Below are positions 60,943 through 64,000 of a stretch of 64,000 bases of DNA, in pieces. Source of the DNA: Candidatus Spongiisociaceae bacterium (GTDB lineage: Bacteria > Actinomycetota > Acidimicrobiia > Spongiisociales > Spongiisociaceae); the NCBI GenBank assembly GCA_965262915.1, contig OZ253564.1, positions 2,688,001 through 2,752,000 of the forward strand, read 5' to 3'. The notes beneath the pieces were generated by a model. The model ran no database searches. It saw nothing but the letters and a program-made list of their open reading frames with translations, and was not told the origin of the DNA. Position numbers and translations under genes: made by a program. How positions within the stretch are numbered: position 1 is the stretch's first letter; each line of letters begins with the position of its first letter.

Positions 60943-62634
60943 TTAACGGTCAAGACCCGCGAACGGGTCTCCAGAGATAGAATCCGGCGACGGATTGGGG
61001 GCACACTCCGAGGCCCGTGTAGCCCATGCAGGAAATGGGAACTCTACCACCAACGGCAGCGGCAACTCAGGTTGGGAGACCACCATAGTGCCCGGCTCCA
61101 GGAAGGTGGCACGCTGGCGCAAAGATGCAGGAAGGAACCCATACTCCGGCCGAGAGGCTTCCGCCGAGTCGAGTCGGCCGACTACGCGTAGCGAAGAGTT
61201 AGCGATGATACGCCGCTCGACCTCCGACGCGGTTTGCTGAGCACCGAAAAGAATGACGCCCAAGCTCCTCCCCCGCTCTGATACATCAAGCAGGACCTCC
61301 TTGATGGGACTCGACCCGTCCCGCGGTGCGTACTTGTTCAGCTCGTCCAACACCAGAAACAGCAGTTCGCCCGACTGTCCGGCCGCTTCCCGATCCTCGA
61401 AAGCCTTCCGGACTATTACGCCCACGACAAACCGCTTAGCGCGGTCATGAAGGTTATGCAGATCGACCACCGTCACCTGATGACGGAGCGGAATCACAGC
61501 GTGCCGTGCAGACTCCGGTACGTCGCCGCGGATCAGCCGCTCGACATGGCGTACCGCCCCCATCAGTCGGCGGATGAACGCGTTTATGGTGCCGGCACCG
61601 ATGGCCGGGCCTGCCCATTGTCGGCGCGTGCTCTCGTCTTGGACCATGCTGCTTACCACCTCGGCCAAGTCACGGAATGTGTGTACCGTCTTCTCACCTA
61701 CACGTACTCCCCCGTCCGGTAACTCGGGGACACAACGGAGCTGTGCCATGACGTTGTGGACCACCATCGAGTAATGGGCACGATCATCCTCGGCGTCGGC
61801 GAACAAGAAAGGAAGCAGGTCCTCTCTACAGAATTCGGCCAACGTCCAGAAGAAGGAGGTGACGCCATCGGTACGGGCAGCCACGTCAGGAGCAGCATCC
61901 GCAGAGTGGCGCCTGGGCGGTGCGTAGATCCCTACTGACCGGAATGGCCTACTAGGCAGCCCAAGTCGTTTGTAACGATCAGGTTGGTCCGCGTCGAGAT
62001 ACTTATTGGCACGGTCCAAAAACAACAGATCCTCGCCTTTAACATTGAAGACCAACGCCTTGGTGTTCACACCCCGAACACCCAACACACGACTCGTGAA
62101 CAAGGAATGGAGCAGAAACGTGGCGTAACTGGTCTTGGTGGCCACTCCCGAGATTCCGGAAATGTTGGCATGGGCACCACGGCGGCCGTCCACGAACTCC
62201 AGATTGACGAATACCGGATCTCCTACCCGGGAAAGCCCAATCGGAAGGCGTTCCCTCATGCGATCGAAAGACAGGGCAAGGTCGCGCTCTTCATCACGCG
62301 CCTTGTATACCTCTAGCCCGGGAAGGGGCGGCACGAACACCTCGGGGACGAAGCGCGTAGTCGTCACCTGTGCGGCCTCGGCAACCTCCGCGGGAAGACG
62401 ACCATCGGAAACTAAGAACACGTCAGAGTCGAATCTGGTACCCTCATGGCGCGCGCGTACCTGTACCACAACGCCAAAGATCCGCACCCTTCCACCGTCA
62501 GGCAGCGACCTCTCCAGCGCCACCACGTCATCGAGTTGCAAATAGCTGCCGGGGGCGATGCCAACCCAGAAGTCCAACGGAGTGGCGAACTCAGTTCCCA
62601 GCACACGGCCCACAACCGGTCCACGTTCAACCAT
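60943..62634 (-). CDS. HerA-like ATPase (HAS barrel + FtsK/HerA domain)
   Basis: VGRVLG barrel start, variant Walker A GISGVATKT, FNVKGED, Walker B LVLDELNKY, arginine finger ERGRSLG, AQQ. Confidence 0.85.
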   Translation of the reverse strand: MVERGPVVGRVLGTEFATPLDFWVGIAPGSYLQLDDVVALERSLPDGGRVRIFGVVVQVRARHEGTRFDSDVFLVSDGRLPAEVAEAAQVTTTRFVPEVFVPPLPGLEVYKARDEERDLALSFDRMRERLPIGLSRVGDPVFVNLEFVDGRRGAHANISGISGVATKTSYATFLLHSLFTSRVLGVRGVNTKALVFNVKGEDLLFLDRANKYLDADQPDRYKRLGLPSRPFRSVGIYAPPRRHSADAAPDVAARTDGVTSFFWTLAEFCREDLLPFLFADAEDDRAHYSMVVHNVMAQLRCVPELPDGGVRVGEKTVHTFRDLAEVVSSMVQDESTRRQWAGPAIGAGTINAFIRRLMGAVRHVERLIRGDVPESARHAVIPLRHQVTVVDLHNLHDRAKRFVVGVIVRKAFEDREAAGQSGELLFLVLDELNKYAPRDGSSPIKEVLLDVSERGRSLGVILFGAQQTASEVERRIIANSSLRVVGRLDSAEASRPEYGFLPASLRQRATFLEPGTMVVSQPELPLPLVVEFPFPAWATRASECAPNPSPDSISGDPFAGLDR

Positions 62635-62794
62635 TACCCGTCGAGCATAGGCCCTCGGACGGACATAACGGCAAAACACCCGGAAGACGGATCGAGCACC
62701 CGCGACTAAGCACCGGTGTAGTGGCCGACCGACACGCGTGTTCCGAGCCCAGGCTAGATCAGCGCGCGCAGGCCGCCACGCTGCCTGGCCACGT

Positions 62795-62987
62795 GGAGGG
62801 CTCCCAGATCGTCACACGTCGCGGTATCGAAATGGCGGTTGTCGTCCCGATCTGGCAATGGCGCCGGATGGAACGCACGAGACGACGGAACAGCAAAGAG
62901 TGGCTACTCACGCCTGAGGCACGCACCGAGACGCTGACACCCCGGCGAGGACAACTCAACAGCCGTCCACCGCCCGCATCCGACTAG
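62795..62987 (+). pseudogene. Phd/YefM-like antitoxin, 5'-truncated
   Basis: EGSQIVTRRGIEMAVVVPI.QW directly upstream of vapC; typical N-terminus not found. Confidence 0.65.
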
Positions 62988-62993
62988 CCGGCC

Positions 62994-63416
62994 GTGTACT
63001 TGCTGGATTCCAACGTCGTCTCCGAGTTACGGCGACCACGTCTGGACGCGTCCCTAGTTGACTGGATTGCCGGCGTACCGGCCGAACAGCTATTCGTATC
63101 CGCCGTCACGATCGGTGAGATCCAAGCGGGGATAGAGATCACCCGTCGCCATGACCCCGCCAAAGCAGAGGAACTCGAAGAGCGGCTTGACGAGCAGGTG
63201 CTCGGGGGATACGATGTCTTGGCGCTGGACGCCGTCGCGTTTCGCGAATAGGCCCGGCTCATGCGCCGTCGATCCGACACCCTGATACAAGACGCCATGA
63301 TCGCCGCAGTCGCCGTTACCTATCGACTGACGGTGGTCACTCGCAACGTAGGGGACTTCGAGACGCTAGGGGTGGCGGTCTACAACCCGTTCGATGACCC
63401 CGATGGAAACAGTTGA
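62994..63416 (+). pseudogene. VapC PIN toxin with premature stop
   Basis: YLLDSNVVSE, TIGEI; TAG at 63249 then in-frame DAMIAA..VVTRNVGDF..YNPF. Confidence 0.85.
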
Positions 63417-63484
63417 ACCACCACCAGGGTCGGATCTGTCCGAGTGACGGCCTTCCCGCGTGGAGGTTCGAGACGGCGGCGCCG

Positions 63485-64000
63485 TCAGATCCTTTCGACG
63501 ACGACGGAAATACCCTGGCCGACTCCTATGCACATGGTGGCCAGGCCGTAGCGTCCCTCCCGCTTCTTGAGTTCGTGAACCAGGGTGGTGAGAATCCGGG
63601 CCCCGGAGCAGCCCAGCGGGTGCCCGAGGGCGATAGCCCCTCCGTTCACGTTGAGGGTTTTCGGGTCGATACCGAGTTCGTTGCGGCAGGCCACCCCTTG
63701 GGCGGCGAAGGCCTCGTTGAGTTCCACCAGGTCTAGGTCGGACACGCTCAGACCGGCGCGATCCAATGCTTTCAGGGTGGAGGGCACCGGGCCGATTCCC
63801 ATCAGGTCGGGATGGACTCCGGCCACGGCCGAGGCGACCAGGCGGGCGATGGGTGTAAGGCCGGTCTCCTCCAAGCCCTTGGAGGTCGCCAGGATCACTC
63901 CGGCGGCGCCGTCGTTCATCGGCGAGGAATTGCCCGCGGTGACCGTTCCCCCTTTCCTGAACACGGGCCGGAGTCTGGCCAGCGCTTCCATCGAGGTGTC
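63485..64000 (-). CDS. Thiolase (acetyl-CoA C-acyltransferase), 3' part
   Basis: [35 protein letters not shown]; runs off the window. Confidence 0.95.
   Translation of the reverse strand, partial: DTSMEALARLRPVFRKGGTVTAGNSSPMNDGAAGVILATSKGLEETGLTPIARLVASAVAGVHPDLMGIGPVPSTLKALDRAGLSVSDLDLVELNEAFAAQGVACRNELGIDPKTLNVNGGAIALGHPLGCSGARILTTLVHELKKREGRYGLATMCIGVGQGISVVVERI

Noticed and set aside
63249-63251. In-frame TAG in vapC as programmed readthrough or pyrrolysine
   Set aside because: Simplest explanation is a TGG-to-TAG nonsense change; no pyl genes seen and the antitoxin is also decayed

Overview
High-GC bacterial chromosome segment, most likely an actinomycete of the Acidimicrobiia type (inferred from a mycothiol-type MDMPI protein, PPOX/F420-type and LLM genes, and actinobacterial-style IS110/IS630 remnants). 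No rRNA, tRNA or CRISPR array was recognised. In order: a hydantoinase/oxoprolinase + Dpp-type ABC catabolic operon (1-10.6 kb); housekeeping genes (thyA, acyl-CoA synthetase, Fic, AI-2E); a compact xdh-ssnA-ygfK-like purine-catabolism operon with a divergent HTH regulator (20.6-27.1 kb); a ~15 kb accessory tract bounded by diverged duplicated blocks and carrying an NMT1/THI5-type ABC importer, an LLM enzyme, a D-aminoacylase and three tandem DUF3830-like genes; a second nitrogen-heterocycle cluster (two PLP enzymes, two nitrilase-family amidases) sharing a palindromic operator-like motif with the xdh operon; ychF, gpsA (with an IS110-associated partial duplicate), a ureohydrolase; and an sbcD-sbcC-nurA / herA module. 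The most striking observation is that the SbcC/Rad50-like protein has no CxxC zinc hook but carries a hydrophobic two-helix hairpin at its coiled-coil apex, with both coiled-coil arms extended by matching 56-residue repeat expansions. Several TA toxins are pseudogenised. All calls come from motif recognition by eye; no database searches were run, and adjusted start codons are best guesses.
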